Part shown: one piece after another, positions 61,266 to 64,000 of the stretch
Layout: every line of letters starts with the position of its first letter
Numbering within the stretch: position 1 is the stretch's first letter
DNA from: Amoebophrya sp. A120
Taxonomy: Eukaryota > Protista > Dinoflagellata
Assembly (NCBI GenBank): GCA_905178155.1
Contig: CAJINV010000009.1
Span: forward strand, 2,271,373 to 2,335,372
Length of the DNA stretch: 64,000 nt
Direction: 5' to 3'
Notes under the pieces: generated by a model
Seen by the model: only the letters and a program-made list of their open reading frames with translations
What the model was told of the DNA's origin: nothing
Databases searched by the model: none
Made by a program: the position numbers and the translations under genes

Positions 61266-64000
61266 TCACGCGAAAAAGCCCATGAATGCGCTGTTGATGT
61301 GTTCTTCCTCGATCTGCTTCTTCACAAGGGCTTCGGCTTCTACAATCCGCTTGAAAGCCGTCTCCGCATCGCCGCGGTCTCCGGGTGGAAACTTGTCCGG
61401 GTGACACAAAACACGTAATCTTTTTACCGCTTTGCGGAGTTCGCTTTCTTGGTGGCCTCGAGACGAGAAGCACATCGACCCGGAATCCGACAGCATATCC
61501 AAGACTTCCCAGCCCCACCTGCCATGCGAAAGCAGAACTCAAATCGTCAGTCTCGTCCTACCAAGAAGCATCATTAAAGACCCGACCCCGAGCGAGTAAA
61601 CCATAACACAAAGACAAACCACTGATAGAAGTTAAAAATAAACTAACCGAAAAATCATGGATGTAAAATTGATCGTACTAAAGTAAGTCTAAATACCTAT
61701 GCTGTGATGTGCCTATCGCCAGGATGCGCTGCACTTCGCTGGTTCTCTGGTACTGAGAAGCCGGCTGCGAACCACAAAGTGGTCCTTCGAACGTGAACTG
61801 TTGTGAGCAAGGGTTTGAGGCTTGTGACGCGGGCGGCAACAAGGCGGAAGTTGGTGTTGATGATCGATGTCCACCTGCGCACTGATCCAAGGCTCCAACA
61901 AAAGCTCCTGTCGCTTGAGAATCTGGTCCGTGCGTCGCTGCAACAGACCGTCTTGTGGCGACGGAGCATTCTCCCTTTTCTATCATGCGCAACAGATCGC
62001 TTTTTTCGGTGCCGCGCGGTGCTTCCACGCCACGAGTTGAGAGGAGTATGTCCTTCAGCTCTCTGATGCTCAAGGACGCGAGCTTCTTTTCGGACTGTGG
62101 CTCATGCTGCCGTCCGGGGGACGTCGAATCCCTGGGTGTGCGAAGCGGAGACGGTGTCCGCGTGCCGGCATTATCTCCGGTGGCGCCGCGCGCTCTACTA
62201 GAGGAGGAGTCGCCTGTCATTACTGCGCCCGCGCGGCGCTCGCGTTCCACCGTCTGGTGCGTCACCGGAGGCATGCGGCTACGCGAGGTGCTTCTGCTGG
62301 TCCCAGCAGATGACGACGAAGCGCTAGTTGAAGATGCACTAAACCCGCCTGGCGCGACGAACCCACTGTGGCCTGTCCGTCGCGAACGGCTGAGCGGATG
62401 CGTATGCGCGCACGGTATCCCTACTTTTCCTCGTTTCTCGGCCTCTTCTCTTCCTAATAACATAAGCATTGTTATAGCGTTTGTGTATTCCACAAAACTG
62501 CTCGATGTCGCTCACAACTACCTGTGATCCACGTCATGCAGACATAACGTAGCAACTTATCATCCAAACTACGCTGACACGAGATCATGCGTGCCTGATT
62601 ACACAAAGCAGATAAATAGATACCCGTCGCGCCGGTTGCAGCTCCCGCTCCATTCGCTTGGAGCACACGCTGCAGATGTGCTTTTATGAATTGGTGTTGC
62701 TTTCGCACACCCCGCCTCTTCACAGGAACGCTGCTCGCGCCTAGCCGATTTCCCGTGCGCTGGTCCTCTCGTGCTGCTGCACGAGGTGGGGTTCTTGTCA
62801 TCTCTGTATCATCATCTTGCTGTGTATGCAGAAACCCGGGTGCTGCACCGTTCTCGTCACGATTCCAAGATGTTCGCCCCGGAAATGACCCGACCTTCGA
62901 GAACATGCCCTCCTCGCAATGTCGAACCGGGCTAAGTTTCCGTTTCTTCAACCCCTCCCTGCCTTTGCTGCAGCTTCTCCCTGCTTCGTGATCCTTCCGC
63001 CCGTAGTTCTCGATCTCGTCCGCGTCCTCGTCAATGCCGAATGAGTCGTCAAGATCGTTCCTGGGTGTAAACATGACAGCATCCTCATCATGTACGTTGT
63101 CTCTGGCAGCTTGGTGATTTTGATTACCTTTGCGTGCGGGGCTTCGAGACTCCGACCACGCGCCTCCCTCATAATTGTCATTAGAGAAAAAGCTGTCGTC
63201 TTGCTGTGCGATAGCGCTGAACAGGTCCGCGTCGGTCATTCCTTCCGAAGTGCCACCGGTGTACATCGCCCCGCGCCAGGTGGAAGAAGACGATGAGGAC
63301 TTAGTATCTCCTGCGAATGGCAGAAACCGGCTTTCCGCGTCCTTCTGCCGCGTTGCTGTTGTTCAAAACATATTTATACACAGTACACCACTTTGCTAAT
63401 ACTAAACTCCTTAAGTACCCTGCAACACTAGCATTCGTACTGCAGCTGCAAGTGGTTGATTCGTAGCTCCATCATGAATACGGCCAGGCAACTGAAAACG
63501 TCGAAACAATGATGTGTACAATGTATACCAACGCCCGTGAAATTCGACTGTCCGTTTCCGTCTTTCAGCGGCGACAACCGTTCCGAGGACGCGGACGGTG
63601 TCTGCGCCGTTGAGCGTGCATCCTCCATTTCAATGTCCTCCGAGTCCGCTCCTTTCTCCTCCGAATTTTTCGGAAACGAAGTGAAGCAGGTACGAAAGCT
63701 GCACAAACTTCCACTTGCGTTGCTAAACAAACTCGCTGTGGAGCGACGGACGTTCCGCTTTTTCAACGGCGGCAACGTTTGCATTTGCTGCGCTCCTGCT
63801 CCTGCACAACTTTCATCCCTGCCGTTCATCTTTGCTGTCCCATCCTCGCCCGGACCTTGTTGGCTTCTTTGCGGCAAAGCCGATGACACGGATGTCGCTT
63901 CACGGCCTTGGGGATGTTGGACCAACGCCGGTGCTGCAGTTTTGGCTTTGGGCGAAACCAAAGCATTCCCCGTCGAAGAGCCGACATCTTTATTGCGCGC
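61266..64000 (-). CDS. C-terminal J-domain protein with SAP-like motif, multi-exon, 5' end outside the window
   Basis: WEVL...ELRKAVKRLRVLCHPDKF...AETAFKRIVEA; SLSIRELKDILL.RGV...EKSDLL; GT-AG intron 62454-62623 joins the ORFs in frame. Confidence 0.8.

Noticed and set aside
62454-62623. Apparent frameshift between ORFs 62472..63266 and 61678..62493
   Set aside because: Explained by an ordinary GT-AG intron

Overview
Eukaryotic (alveolate) genomic DNA, most consistent with a syndinian dinoflagellate such as Amoebophrya; this is inferred from gene-dense DNA, every credible gene on the minus strand, and non-canonical inverted-repeat introns. Genes include an RsmB/NOP2 RNA methyltransferase, Atg3, a GPALPP1-like protein, a multi-FkbM methyltransferase, two glycosyltransferases, a MATH + Lon-type AAA+ ATPase fusion with no protease domain, a 2.2-kaa membrane protein, further SAM methyltransferases, a Cys-rich surface protein, a J-domain protein and a decayed CCT7. 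Highlights: (1) six clear TAT...ATA terminal-inverted-repeat elements with exact 5-bp target duplications interrupt coding exons; removing each element plus one duplication restores the frame, no such register gives GT-AG, and one has an empty site in a paralogue within this window. (2) Two tandem 29-30 aa Met/Lys micro-ORFs, below the ORF-track cutoff, resemble isolated DVNP tails. (3) An 8.6-kb mosaic has gene fragments between ~1.5-kb direct repeats. (4) A gene 3' end is triplicated around two inserts. Family calls come from motif recognition by eye; no searches were run.
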